From an uncultured Verrucomicrobiae bacterium (lineage in GTDB: Bacteria > Chlamydiota > Chlamydiia > Chlamydiales > Rhabdochlamydiaceae), in contig CAWDYW010000001.1 in the NCBI GenBank assembly GCA_963806855.1, positions 224,001-288,000 of the forward strand: 64,000 nt of DNA, read 5' to 3'. Positions 1 to 9,275 of this stretch are shown here, one piece after another. How positions within the stretch are numbered: the first letter of the stretch is position 1; the number at the start of each line of letters is the position of its first letter. A program made the position numbers and the translations under genes. The notes beneath the pieces were generated by a model. That model searched no databases and was not told the DNA's origin. It saw only the letters and a program-made list of their open reading frames with translations.

Positions 1-518
1 TTCACACCCCGTTGTACGAGGAGGGTGCGGACGTAATTGGCTCGTCGTGTTCCCAGGGCCAGGTTATAGGCCTCAGAACCCCGCTCATCGCAATGGCCTC
101 CGACGGCGACATAGGTGTTGTGGTGATTTTTGAGATAGGCGGCAGCTCGCTCGATAATCTGAAAATCTTGTGATTCGCGGAGCACATACTCATCGGTTTC
201 AAAATGGACATTTTGGAAGATTTGAGCAAGACCTGCCATCGCTTTTTTGAACTGGTCGAGGCTGGGGATGCCACTGCCTGGAGCGCCGGGGATTTCAGTT
301 GGCTGAGGAATCGCCGCATCGGCAAAGCGCATATGGAGATCTTGGTCTTCAAGAGACATAAATTCGCTATCGAAGCCTGAGCTCGCCATAGCCTCATCGG
401 CATCGCCTTCATAGATTCCGCCCAATTTGTGGCTTTGAGAGCGGACGACACTGGATGAATTTGGCGCACATCCGGTGAACAGAGCTAGCAGAATGAGAAA
501 TGTTAGAGTTAATTTCAT
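1..518 (-). CDS. pal: Peptidoglycan-associated lipoprotein Pal (OmpA domain), 3' end runs off the window
   Basis: Own translation from ATG at 518: MKLTLTFLILLALFTGC (lipobox)...VHFETDEY...VGGHCDERGSEAYNLALGTRRANYVR. Open to the window edge, so absent from the ORF track. Follows tolB. Confidence 0.93.
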   Translation of the reverse strand, partial: MKLTLTFLILLALFTGCAPNSSSVVRSQSHKLGGIYEGDADEAMASSGFDSEFMSLEDQDLHMRFADAAIPQPTEIPGAPGSGIPSLDQFKKAMAGLAQIFQNVHFETDEYVLRESQDFQIIERAAAYLKNHHNTYVAVGGHCDERGSEAYNLALGTRRANYVRTLLVQRGV

Positions 519-1750
519 TTAATCCCCCAAGTTGGGTAATGTTTTTTTCCAGGTCCTTTAGTAATTTGCACCGCTTCGGGCTGATTGAGATTAACCAGAT
601 ACAGCTCTGTCGAATCGGGATCGGTCGAGTTAAAGACAAGATGTAAACTATCGGGGGCCCAGCAGGGGTTTTCCTTATTGCCCGGTCCTGTAGTTAGTTG
701 TAGCTCTTGCTCCGCTTCGAAATCGTATATCCAAATTTGGCGCACACCATTTGTTTTAGCACTATAGGCTATTTTTTTTCCATCTGGTGACCAATTTGGG
801 CAAGTGTTTTCTTTATTTTGTTTTGTTAGCAGCACCGGTTTTGCCCGCTTATTATTTGTAATTTCCGATGGAATGATGTAGATCCGCGGTGTCCCATCTT
901 TATCTGAGACAAAAGCAATTTTTGAGCCATCCGGGCTAAAAGTAGGCGACGCTTGGGTCGATCCGGGATAAGAAAAGAGCTGTTGCGGTTTGCCGACAAG
1001 CATTCCACTGGCGTCGAGTTTTTGGATGAAGAGATCGGCCCGCCCTGTTGCATCGGAAATGAAAGCCAAAGAATCGCGCTGCCTGGAAATAGCGGGCAAT
1101 AGTTGATTGCCCCGCAGGTCGATGAGCGGTTTCCCCGTAATATTTTTCAAATTCGAAGCGTAGATTTTTGGTTGCCCATTTTTGTAATTAACGTAGAGAT
1201 AATTATGAGCGGTAGTGAAGATGGGGTGGATCGAGTAGTTGTCTTCTTGGGTCACTTGCTTGGCATTGCCACCATCCCAGTCACATTCCCAAATTTCGGC
1301 TTTATATTCATGGCTCGGCTTGAGAGAGTAGAGAATGCGGGTATCGGCTATCCCCTTGCCCCCAAAAAGGGCTTGGATAATCGCATCGGAGAGACGATGC
1401 ATTTGCCGCCTATCGGTGTGGAAATCTTCTGTCAAGGTGATCCCATCGAGTTTTTTAATCAAATTGTGCCGATGGATGATTTGGATATTCAACTTTTTCT
1501 CAGTCTGACTCAATTTTAAAACGTATCCATTTTCCGATTCTGAGATTTTAAAATATCCACTATGCCCTAAATCGAATTGCAGAACTGAAGTCAACCGAGT
1601 TAAATAAGGAGAAGCCCCCTTTTCGATCAAAAGATCAGCGAGCTTGGCCGCTGTCGCCAGTTCGACCCGTATTTCGTCAGCCCCCATTAAAGGAACCATC
1701 ATTAGACTAACTATTACAGAAAGTAATAACAAATGTATGTTCTTTTTCAT
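515..1750 (-). CDS. tolB: Tol-Pal beta-propeller protein TolB
   Basis: Signal peptide, PD40 repeats (PTFSPDGSKIAFVS, PNWSPDGKKIAY), position in tolQ-tolR-tolA-tolB-pal. Confidence 0.93.
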   Translation of the reverse strand: MKKNIHLLLLSVIVSLMMVPLMGADEIRVELATAAKLADLLIEKGASPYLTRLTSVLQFDLGHSGYFKISESENGYVLKLSQTEKKLNIQIIHRHNLIKKLDGITLTEDFHTDRRQMHRLSDAIIQALFGGKGIADTRILYSLKPSHEYKAEIWECDWDGGNAKQVTQEDNYSIHPIFTTAHNYLYVNYKNGQPKIYASNLKNITGKPLIDLRGNQLLPAISRQRDSLAFISDATGRADLFIQKLDASGMLVGKPQQLFSYPGSTQASPTFSPDGSKIAFVSDKDGTPRIYIIPSEITNNKRAKPVLLTKQNKENTCPNWSPDGKKIAYSAKTNGVRQIWIYDFEAEQELQLTTGPGNKENPCWAPDSLHLVFNSTDPDSTELYLVNLNQPEAVQITKGPGKKHYPTWGIK

Positions 1751-2444
1751 CTTTTAGATCTCCGCTAAAAGGAGGGAAGGTCACGGTTTTCAGTTCTTGT
1801 TCTAAAAATTTCTTATTCTTTTCGCTTGCACTATGCACAACTTTCATTTTCACAAATGAGCCATCGCGCTTCAGCACCAATTCAACTTTGACCTCTCCAA
1901 TCTCAGGCAAATCGAGCGTCTCTTGCAAACGCTCGATCAGTGAGGAGACAAAAAAGCTCTCCTCTCCCGAACACTCCTCATCGATTTTCAATTGAGGAAC
2001 CCATTTTTTTGGAGCTGGCAAAATTTGTTTGGGACTATCTTTATGACTTGTTTGATCAATTTTCGCAATGCTTTCTTGCAACTGTTGCACTAAATTCGCT
2101 GGAATGACAGGACTACTCTTGACCGCAGGCGCCGCTTTTTTTGCCGGAGCAGCAGGGGCGGAAGCGACTTTTTTGGCTGTCGGTTTCGGCGGGGCTGTTC
2201 TTTGCGGTTTAGGAGCAGATTTTTGCACAGCAGGCGCAGGTTTTGGTTGGGAGGAGGGCACTGCTGCCACTTTTCTCACATCTGATTTGACCACAGCCTG
2301 CACGACGGGCTTTGGCGGGGGAGCGTGGACGACCGTGCGCACTTGCAGCGGTTTTTTATCGACCTTTTTGCTCGGCATCCAGAGCGCCGACCAGAGGACG
2401 AAGAAAAGGTGCATGGCGATTACATAATAGGCAATCCGCTTCAT
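1707..2444 (-). CDS. tolA: TolA/TonB-like energy transducer
   Basis: N-terminal TM with conserved His (AMHLFF), Pro/Ala/Lys-rich linker, TonB_C-like C-terminus, between tolR and tolB. Confidence 0.75.
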   Translation of the reverse strand: MKRIAYYVIAMHLFFVLWSALWMPSKKVDKKPLQVRTVVHAPPPKPVVQAVVKSDVRKVAAVPSSQPKPAPAVQKSAPKPQRTAPPKPTAKKVASAPAAPAKKAAPAVKSSPVIPANLVQQLQESIAKIDQTSHKDSPKQILPAPKKWVPQLKIDEECSGEESFFVSSLIERLQETLDLPEIGEVKVELVLKRDGSFVKMKVVHSASEKNKKFLEQELKTVTFPPFSGDLKDEKEHTFVITFCNS

Positions 2445-2854
2445 CGCGAGGGTTCCAACACAATATCGAGCTCATCATAGCCGGCCTCTTCGAGGGCATT
2501 TTTTACCATCTGATAGGTGCCGAAATGGGCTTTTCGATCTTGGAAAAGTTGTGGGGTTAATTTCGAATTTTTGGCTTTAAGCGCTTGCAGAACCGGGAAC
2601 AGATTTTCAGGCGCCACCTGCTTTTTGTTGATCCAAATCGTATTGTTCTCGTGGACATGGATCGTAAGCGAACTCATGTTGGTCGCCTCGACCTGCTCCC
2701 TCTGACCGGCCCGGGCGAGTTTGACATTGTCCACTTCGAGCATCGGCGCGATTAAGATGAACATGATCAGCACCACAAAGACCACATCGATGAGTGGAGT
2801 CAGTTCAATTCTCCCCTCTTCCACAGCATCATCAAAACGGTTTCTTTGGCGCAT
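2441..2854 (-). CDS. tolR: ExbD/TolR biopolymer transporter
   Basis: IELTPLIDVVFVVLIMF motif. Confidence 0.9.
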   Translation of the reverse strand: MRQRNRFDDAVEEGRIELTPLIDVVFVVLIMFILIAPMLEVDNVKLARAGQREQVEATNMSSLTIHVHENNTIWINKKQVAPENLFPVLQALKAKNSKLTPQLFQDRKAHFGTYQMVKNALEEAGYDELDIVLEPSR

Positions 2855-2856
2855 AT

Positions 2857-3567
2857 TTAAGGCTTTCTATATTGGAGTTCGATAGCAGTTAAAATTTTGT
2901 AGAGAAAATCTTCGGTATCCGAAGCGAGCACCCTACAGGAATTGCGGAGCCAACTCGACGAGACCAGTGCTGGAATCGCGATCAGCAGGCCGATCACCGT
3001 CGTCACGAGGGCAGTCGACAGCCCCCCGAGAATCTCGGTATTCGACGTGACACTCGCCCCCGCCTCCATTCCTGAAAAGGCGACCAAAATCCCCCAGACC
3101 GTCCCCAGCAGCCCCATGAAGGGTGCGAGCGTGACAATCATCGGCAGCACATAGATATTTTTTTCGATCCTCTTCATCTCCGAAGAGATGGTCGTAAGCA
3201 CATACGATTCGATGAGCTCCACATCGGTCCGCGTCAGATAGACATGTTCCTTGTCTTCGGCAAAATAGTGGTTTTTATTCAAAATCTCGACTGTTTTTTG
3301 CTTCACCATCTGAAACACTTGCGAAAACGGATGTGTCGCTCCCTTCTGATCGACAGTGACATTCAACAGTTGATCTTTGTTTTTTTGTAGCGCCCGATCA
3401 AAAGCATAGCAGAGTTGTTTCGCTCTCTTGACTTGCTTGATTTTAAATATCAAGACCACCCAACAGGTAATGGAAATAGCGAACAGGGCCATGAAAATAC
3501 ATTTTCCGAAAAAATCGGATTGAAAATAAGCTGAAAAGAGTGCGTGACTTGTTGCAAGTAGGATCAT
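2857..3567 (-). CDS. tolQ: MotA/TolQ/ExbB proton channel protein
   Basis: APFMGLLGTVWGI and ALVTTVIGLLIAIPA motifs. Confidence 0.92.
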   Translation of the reverse strand: MILLATSHALFSAYFQSDFFGKCIFMALFAISITCWVVLIFKIKQVKRAKQLCYAFDRALQKNKDQLLNVTVDQKGATHPFSQVFQMVKQKTVEILNKNHYFAEDKEHVYLTRTDVELIESYVLTTISSEMKRIEKNIYVLPMIVTLAPFMGLLGTVWGILVAFSGMEAGASVTSNTEILGGLSTALVTTVIGLLIAIPALVSSSWLRNSCRVLASDTEDFLYKILTAIELQYRKP

Positions 3568-3569
3568 AA

Positions 3570-3627
3570 ATGTCTTCAGTTAAGGATATCTGCTTTTATA
3601 CCCCAAATACCTCTTATCAACAAGTGG
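3570..3627 (+). repeat. Degenerate direct-repeat copy of the first 58 nt of the gene at 3780
   Basis: atgtcttcagttaaggatatctgcttttataccccaaatacctcttatcaacaagtgg vs 3780-3837 atgtcgtcagttaaggtgatctgtttttataccccgaataccccttatcaacaagagg (51/58 by hand). Confidence 0.9.
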
Positions 3628-3650
3628 GAAACACTGTGGTACACCACAAA

Positions 3651-3707
3651 AAAATCAGGAGTATATTCCCGATTTTGTGCCAAAATCAGGAGTGTGATCC
3701 CGAATTT
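3651..3707. promoter_or_regulatory. Two tandem imperfect palindromes (operator-like), 31-nt period
   Basis: AAAATCAGGA-gtatat-TCCCGATTTT and AAAATCAGGA-gtgtga-TCCCGAATTT. Confidence 0.5.
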
Positions 3708-3779
3708 TTTGGAACTTCTCTATGAAACACCTTATTTTTTTGGGGTGCTCAAAAGAAAGAAAATCATTAGAGTGCATAG

Positions 3780-4355
3780 ATGTCGTCAGTTAAGGTGATC
3801 TGTTTTTATACCCCGAATACCCCTTATCAACAAGAGGTGATTCATCTGCATACGTCTTGCACATCGCTGAACATCCCGTTCGAAATTGAGCCGCTCGAGT
3901 CAAAAGGAAGCTGGGAAAAAAATGTGGCGATGAAGCCGGCCTTCATTTTAGAAAAGCTCAAATCCTCTGCCACCCCGCTCCTTTGGGTAGACGCCGACGC
4001 CGTGTTTCTCCAAAAGCCCGACTTCTCCCCCTTCCTGCATGCCGATTTGGCCGTCCGCTTCATGGAGATTTTTCAAGATCGGCCCGAACATGCCATCAAC
4101 GCCGCCACCATCTTCATCAATCAAACCCCTGCAGCGCACAACTTAATCGAGGCCTGGGTGCAGCGATGTGAAGAACTCGCAGACATTCCCTACGTCGACC
4201 AGATCTCCCTTTACCAAGTCCTCAAAGAGAATCAGCGCGCCAAAGTCTTGCCTTTGCCGGTCGCCTATTGTAAGATCTACGATATCGACTCCTTTTTTAT
4301 TAATGATGATCAGGTGGTCATCGAACAAAGACAAGCGTCGCGACGATACCGATGA
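3780..4355 (+). CDS. Putative nucleotide-diphospho-sugar transferase (GT-A fold)
   Basis: KPAFI...LLWVDADAV (DxD), INAATIFI, YVDQISL motifs. Confidence 0.7.
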   Translation: MSSVKVICFYTPNTPYQQEVIHLHTSCTSLNIPFEIEPLESKGSWEKNVAMKPAFILEKLKSSATPLLWVDADAVFLQKPDFSPFLHADLAVRFMEIFQDRPEHAINAATIFINQTPAAHNLIEAWVQRCEELADIPYVDQISLYQVLKENQRAKVLPLPVAYCKIYDIDSFFINDDQVVIEQRQASRRYR

Positions 4356-5563
4356 GAATCATTTTTTTGCTTTTACTTTCATTCTCCATCTATGCTCAAC
4401 CGATGCGTCTTGGAATCGATCGCCTGTTCGAAGACCCTTACATCCACAACATCAAAAATAAACGGGTCGGACTCATCACCAACCACACCGGCGTCGACAG
4501 CAATCTCACTTCTAACATCAAACTCCTCAAAGGCAAAGCCCATCTCGTCGCCATCTTTTGCCCCGAACATGGGATCGATGGAGCAGCGCGCGCCGATGAA
4601 AAAATTGCCCACAGCAAAGATAGAGACGGCATCCACATCTACAGCCTCCATGGAGAGACCCGCCGCCCCACTGCCGAAATGCTCAAGGACATCGACGTGC
4701 TCGTCTACGACATCCAAGAGATCGGCTGTCGCTCCTATACCTACATTTCCACCCTCTTCTACGCCATGGAAGAGGCTGCCAAAAAGGGGATCCCCGTCGT
4801 CGTCCTTGATCGGCCCAATCCCATGGGCGGTAACGTCGTCGATGGCCCCATGCTCCAAGATAAATGGCGCTCCTTCATGGGTTACATCAACGTTCCTTAT
4901 TGCCACGGCATGACCGTCGCCGAACTGGCCAGCTACTTCAACACCGAGTACAAAATCGGCTGCAAATTGCATCTCGTCCCCATGGAAGGGTGGAGGCGCA
5001 AAATGACCTACAAAGAGACCGGCCTCGCCTGGATCCCCACCAGCCCCTACATCCCCGAGTCGGACACCCCCTTCTTCTACGCCTCGACCGGCATCCTCGG
5101 CGCCCTTGGCGTCGTCAACATCGGCATCGGCTACACTCTTCCCTTCAAAGTGATCGGCGCCCCCTGGATCGACGGCTATCACCTGGCCGAAAAACTCAAT
5201 GCACAGCAACTTCCCGGCGTCAAATTTGTCCCCTTCTACTACCAGCCCTTCTACGGCAAATTTGCCAAAGAGCAGTGCGAAGGGGTGAAAATCGTCATCA
5301 CCGATCCTCAGGCCTACCGCCCCCTCTCCGTCCAATACATGCTGATTGGCCTGCTCAAATCGCTCTACCCCACCCAATTCCAAGCCAAGCTGAATCAGAT
5401 CACCGACGCCGATAAGAGCTCCTTTTGTAAGGTCAATGGCAACTCCGACATGCTGAGCATCATCATCAAAGAGAGCTTCTTCGCCTGGAAATTGATCGGC
5501 TATGAGAAAGAGGCCCGCGCTGCCTTCATCGAAAAACGGAAGAAATATCTCCTCTATGACTAA
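4352..5563 (+). CDS. Exo-beta-N-acetylmuramidase NamZ/YbbC (DUF1343)
   Basis: GLITNHTG, PEHG, YDIQEIGCRSYTY, VLDRPNPMGG, WIPTSP motifs and a signal peptide. Confidence 0.9.
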   Translation: MRIIFLLLLSFSIYAQPMRLGIDRLFEDPYIHNIKNKRVGLITNHTGVDSNLTSNIKLLKGKAHLVAIFCPEHGIDGAARADEKIAHSKDRDGIHIYSLHGETRRPTAEMLKDIDVLVYDIQEIGCRSYTYISTLFYAMEEAAKKGIPVVVLDRPNPMGGNVVDGPMLQDKWRSFMGYINVPYCHGMTVAELASYFNTEYKIGCKLHLVPMEGWRRKMTYKETGLAWIPTSPYIPESDTPFFYASTGILGALGVVNIGIGYTLPFKVIGAPWIDGYHLAEKLNAQQLPGVKFVPFYYQPFYGKFAKEQCEGVKIVITDPQAYRPLSVQYMLIGLLKSLYPTQFQAKLNQITDADKSSFCKVNGNSDMLSIIIKESFFAWKLIGYEKEARAAFIEKRKKYLLYD

Positions 5564-6422
5564 AATCGGCACCGTCATCAGCTTCTGCACCCATGATGTC
5601 AGATTCTTAGATCGCAACATCAATGCTGTCCGTCCCTTTTCCTCCCAAATTGTGATCCCCGTCTGCGACCATTTCTACAATGGAAAGCCAGAAGATTTGG
5701 AGCTATTGCAGAAGATCTACCACAACTATCCAGACGTCGATTTTGTTGAGTTTGCCTACAGCGAAGACGAAGTTTACGGCACCCCAGCCAAACTCGTTCC
5801 GGGCAGTCCCTATTGGGCCCAACATTGGCACAATAGCGCTCGGTTAGTGGCGAGTTACTTCCTAAAGCCCGAAATTGATTACGTGTTGTTTGTCGATACC
5901 GATGAGATTTTCACTGCCGATGTGAGAACCATTCCCTTTCATGAATATGAGGCCATTCGCTTTGCCACCTACTGGTACTTCAAAACCGCGTCCCAATGCG
6001 CCACTGTAACCCCCGATGGACCTTTGCTAATCAAAAAAAGCCTTCTCACCACACAACTCCTACTCAATCCCCATGAGCGGATGGGGATGTTTGAGCAAAT
6101 AAACGGTCGAAAAGAGCGGGAGTTTTGTGTCGATGGCAAACCCATTGTCCACCATTACAGTTGGGTCCGCACCCCCGAAGAGATGCTCAAAAAAGTGAGA
6201 TCCTGGGGCCACCATTGGGAGCGCGATTGGGAGAAGCTGATGCAGAGTGAAGGGGACTTCGTCCGCAAGTACGAGTATAAAGAGGTGGAAGTAGACTGGG
6301 ATCCGTTGGCGGAAGAGACGACTTATCCCGAAATTAAAAATATTTTTAACAATCTTGCTAAAGTAACCCCCAAGCAGATTTTTAAGATGGAGATTCAAAA
6401 AGAAATTATGAATATCAACTGA
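5556..6422 (+). CDS. GT-A/GT2-like glycosyltransferase, paralog 1
   Basis: LFVDTDEI (DxD), HHYSWVR...KKVRSWGH. ATG at 5556 overlaps the upstream stop. Confidence 0.65.
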   Translation: MTKIGTVISFCTHDVRFLDRNINAVRPFSSQIVIPVCDHFYNGKPEDLELLQKIYHNYPDVDFVEFAYSEDEVYGTPAKLVPGSPYWAQHWHNSARLVASYFLKPEIDYVLFVDTDEIFTADVRTIPFHEYEAIRFATYWYFKTASQCATVTPDGPLLIKKSLLTTQLLLNPHERMGMFEQINGRKEREFCVDGKPIVHHYSWVRTPEEMLKKVRSWGHHWERDWEKLMQSEGDFVRKYEYKEVEVDWDPLAEETTYPEIKNIFNNLAKVTPKQIFKMEIQKEIMNIN

Positions 6423-6477
6423 ATTGACTTTAATTGACCTTTTTGTTAAGATTATTACAATAAACAAGGAGTCAACT

Positions 6478-7176
6478 ATGTTATCATCCATTTCTTCAGC
6501 CTTAGAATCTAAGGTGGCTTTACCATTTATCTCTAAACCAGTAACCACGGATTTTATGGTTCTATTGGGCTTAGTATCAGTGGCTGGTATAAATGGCTTT
6601 AGACATGCGAATTTAGCTAAAGCTTCTGGCAATTATGGGCCATATAGATTTTCGTTTTTGTCACTAATTTCTGCGCTTGGCTTTATGTCAACTAAACCTG
6701 AAAATTCCCAATATAAACTGGCTTTTCTTGCGATAACTGCAGTTTCTATCGGACTTTCTTACTTAGCCGAGAAAACTGCACCGGCGGCACCTGTAAAAGC
6801 AAAGCCAGTAGCACTGAATTATAGCACATTCGATTCAAACCTAGTGAGCATAGGACCAAATTATAGTAATAACTACCGTCTAAAACAATATCCTAACAAA
6901 GAGAAGTCTTATCACGATGGTCTTGTCTATATTGATGCTCGAGGTCAAGTAGAATGGAGCCAACCAGAACCTAAAGCGAAGCAGGCTGAAGTTCATCAGA
7001 CTCCTGTATTTATCGTTCCAGAGCCTAAAAAGGCTACAGTTGTAGAAGGAAAGCCTTCTGTTGCTCCTGCCACTGTCGTACAACTCCAAGCAGAGGAAAA
7101 TAATCCCGAAGTCAAAGTAAGACGGGTTGCCATGGGCGTCGCAGAAAGTGTAAAACAATTAACAGGCAATCTCTAA
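6478..7176 (+). CDS. Hypothetical membrane protein (AT-rich accessory gene)
   Basis: AAGGAG RBS before ATG 6478, three N-terminal hydrophobic segments, followed by a terminator. Confidence 0.65.
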   Translation: MLSSISSALESKVALPFISKPVTTDFMVLLGLVSVAGINGFRHANLAKASGNYGPYRFSFLSLISALGFMSTKPENSQYKLAFLAITAVSIGLSYLAEKTAPAAPVKAKPVALNYSTFDSNLVSIGPNYSNNYRLKQYPNKEKSYHDGLVYIDARGQVEWSQPEPKAKQAEVHQTPVFIVPEPKKATVVEGKPSVAPATVVQLQAEENNPEVKVRRVAMGVAESVKQLTGNL

Positions 7177-7183
7177 TATTCTT

Positions 7184-7212
7184 GGGAGGTTGATCTATCG
7201 GCCTCCCTTTTT
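7184..7212 (+). terminator. Rho-independent terminator
   Basis: GGGAGGTTGA-tcta-TCGGCCTCCC stem followed by a T-tract. Confidence 0.75.
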
Positions 7213-7329
7213 CATTTCCGCAAATTCTATTAAATATTTTACCATCTAGCATTAAAAATTCTAAGCTAATTTTCTTCTAATCTGAAATAAGCTATAATAT
7301 CTCTATCTGTAATATTAGGAGGATAATTT

Positions 7330-7890
7330 ATGGGCGGAATTTTAGACGCTATCAGTTCAAGACTTTGGCCTACCCCACGTGCCCCAGAGCCGAAGGCGGT
7401 CCCTAGTCAACCAGAAATCAATGAACTTTATACTCTGAATGAGAAAGGTTGGCGCTGTTTCCAGATGGATAGGCTCAGCATTGCACAATGTGATGTCATC
7501 ACTGAAGACTGCCGCAAGGAAGCCACTTACGAAAGATATCTGACAATCGGTGGAGCAGTTGGAGCCACGGCGTTGGCAAGCGGGATCCTGATCGCAGGGT
7601 TTATAGTTGCTAAACTTGCCAGTCTCTTCTTCGTGGTCACCTTATCGAATATTGCCACACATTTTCTTACAACCTGTAGCCCGTTGACCTACTTCTTCGT
7701 TCGCGTTGTCACCCACATTGCTGCGCTGAGCGGAACGGTGACCTTGCTTCAAATCCTTTGGAATTATTCTTACGAATCGCTGCAAAATCACTGGGAAGCG
7801 GCAAAACACCTCGACGATCAAGCTCTGCAGGCACAACTTCGCAAGGCAGTAGAGAAAATTAATGCTAAAGCGGAGCTTGCAACTTCGTAA
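7330..7890 (+). CDS. Hypothetical Inc-like protein (long bilobed hydrophobic domain)
   Basis: AGGAGG RBS, ~70-aa hydrophobic region, motifs shared with 27640..28095 and 26006..26401. Confidence 0.65.
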   Translation: MGGILDAISSRLWPTPRAPEPKAVPSQPEINELYTLNEKGWRCFQMDRLSIAQCDVITEDCRKEATYERYLTIGGAVGATALASGILIAGFIVAKLASLFFVVTLSNIATHFLTTCSPLTYFFVRVVTHIAALSGTVTLLQILWNYSYESLQNHWEAAKHLDDQALQAQLRKAVEKINAKAELATS

Positions 7891-7911
7891 TCGTTGTGGC
7901 ACAAAGAAAAT

Positions 7912-8772
7912 GTGCTCGCAACAATCATTAATTTTTCCTCCAATGAAGCGCTTTTTCTAAAGGCATGCCTAGAAGAAGCGCTTCTCTTTTCTGATCAAAT
8001 TATCGTTCCGGTCTGCGACCATTTTTTTGATGGGACGCCAGAGAATCGGGAGCTCTTAGAAGCCATTTACGCTGCTCATCCTGAGGTGCAATTCATCGAA
8101 TATGCTTGGTCTAAGGAGAACTTCTACAGCGGCCATCCGACCCATTATTGGCACAATTTGAGCCGTCTCATCGGGAGCGCCTTTCTCTCTCCTGAGATCG
8201 AATATGTGCTCTTTCTCGATGTCGATGAGATCGTCGACGGGCGCCGATTTGCCCAGTGGTTGAAGCATTTCCCTCTTTCTCAATATGCGGCGCTGCGGCT
8301 AGCCTGCTATTGGTACTTTCGGGAGGCGAAATATCAAGCCTTGCAGTGGGAAGATACTCCGCTGCTGATAAGTAAAACCGCTTTACATTACGATGCGCTC
8401 ATGCACCCTAACGAGAGGGCTGGGACCTTCCATTTGGCCCGTGGGGAAAAATTGCGTCATGTCACTTCGGAAGAGGGGTTGCCCATGATCCATCATTACA
8501 GCTGGGTCAGGAGCAAAGAGGCGCTCTTGCGTAAAGTGAGCTGCTGGGGCCACCGCGATGAGCGGGACTGGCGATCACTTGTCGAGACCGAATTTGCAAA
8601 AGAGTTTTCGGGCACCGACTTTGTGCATGGCTATTCATTCAAAGAAGTGGAGCCCTTCCTTAAGACGCATCACTATCAGCCGACCTCCAATAAGGGAGGC
8701 AATGTTCACTATTTAAAAACTCCTGATATTCATAAAATCGATCTTGAGTTAAAATTTTTTGCTGGCTCATGA
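7912..8772 (+). CDS. GT-A/GT2-like glycosyltransferase, paralog 2
   Basis: Aligns with 5556..6422 (VPVCDHFF, HYWHN, LDVDEI, YWYF, HHYSWVRS..KVSCWGH). Start is GTG 7912 or TTG 7894. Confidence 0.65.
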   Translation: MLATIINFSSNEALFLKACLEEALLFSDQIIVPVCDHFFDGTPENRELLEAIYAAHPEVQFIEYAWSKENFYSGHPTHYWHNLSRLIGSAFLSPEIEYVLFLDVDEIVDGRRFAQWLKHFPLSQYAALRLACYWYFREAKYQALQWEDTPLLISKTALHYDALMHPNERAGTFHLARGEKLRHVTSEEGLPMIHHYSWVRSKEALLRKVSCWGHRDERDWRSLVETEFAKEFSGTDFVHGYSFKEVEPFLKTHHYQPTSNKGGNVHYLKTPDIHKIDLELKFFAGS

Positions 8773-9275
8773 AACGGATACTCTTTTTTCTCCTATTATT
8801 CTTCGCTCCCTTGACCCCTAATCCATTCACAGGATTTTTCGATTCTGTCGATCGGGGAGATATAGAAAAAGTGATGGAATTTCTAGAAAAGATGAGGCCG
8901 AAAATCGAGCCGCTACCCCATTTCAGAACAGTGACACGGGGCCTGGTCACAGCAATGGAGTGGAAATTTAGGCAGGACATTTCCAGAGAGGTTGCTCGGG
9001 AGAGGGCGCTTGCTGAAATCAATCGCGGCAATTTAACCACAGAGCAAAAAGAGGATCTTGCCGACATCGTCGAATACCTCTCTGAAGATCCCGAAACGTT
9101 ATGGGAGAAGAGCAAAAAAGTGTTCAAGAAAAAGAAGAAAACAGAAGTTCCCCCCTTTCGCATTGAAGCAGTCGAGATCTATTTTGGTGCTCTGCTCACA
9201 CAAGTCACTTGGGTGCCCGCGAGCAATTTTGGGACAAAGATGATCAACGATGGGATGAAGAGGGCTACATCATGA
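8769..9275 (+). CDS. Hypothetical exported protein
   Basis: Signal-peptide-like N-terminus, ATGA overlaps with both neighbours. Confidence 0.6.
   Translation: MKRILFFLLLFFAPLTPNPFTGFFDSVDRGDIEKVMEFLEKMRPKIEPLPHFRTVTRGLVTAMEWKFRQDISREVARERALAEINRGNLTTEQKEDLADIVEYLSEDPETLWEKSKKVFKKKKKTEVPPFRIEAVEIYFGALLTQVTWVPASNFGTKMINDGMKRATS

Noticed and set aside
2..469. 155-aa ORF in the track
   Set aside because: Wrong frame. The real gene is pal from 518 in another minus-strand frame.
4379..5623. 414-aa antisense ORF (also 22460..23245, 33468..34061, 58544..59143 and similar)
   Set aside because: Shadow ORFs opposite well-supported genes, with no motifs of their own
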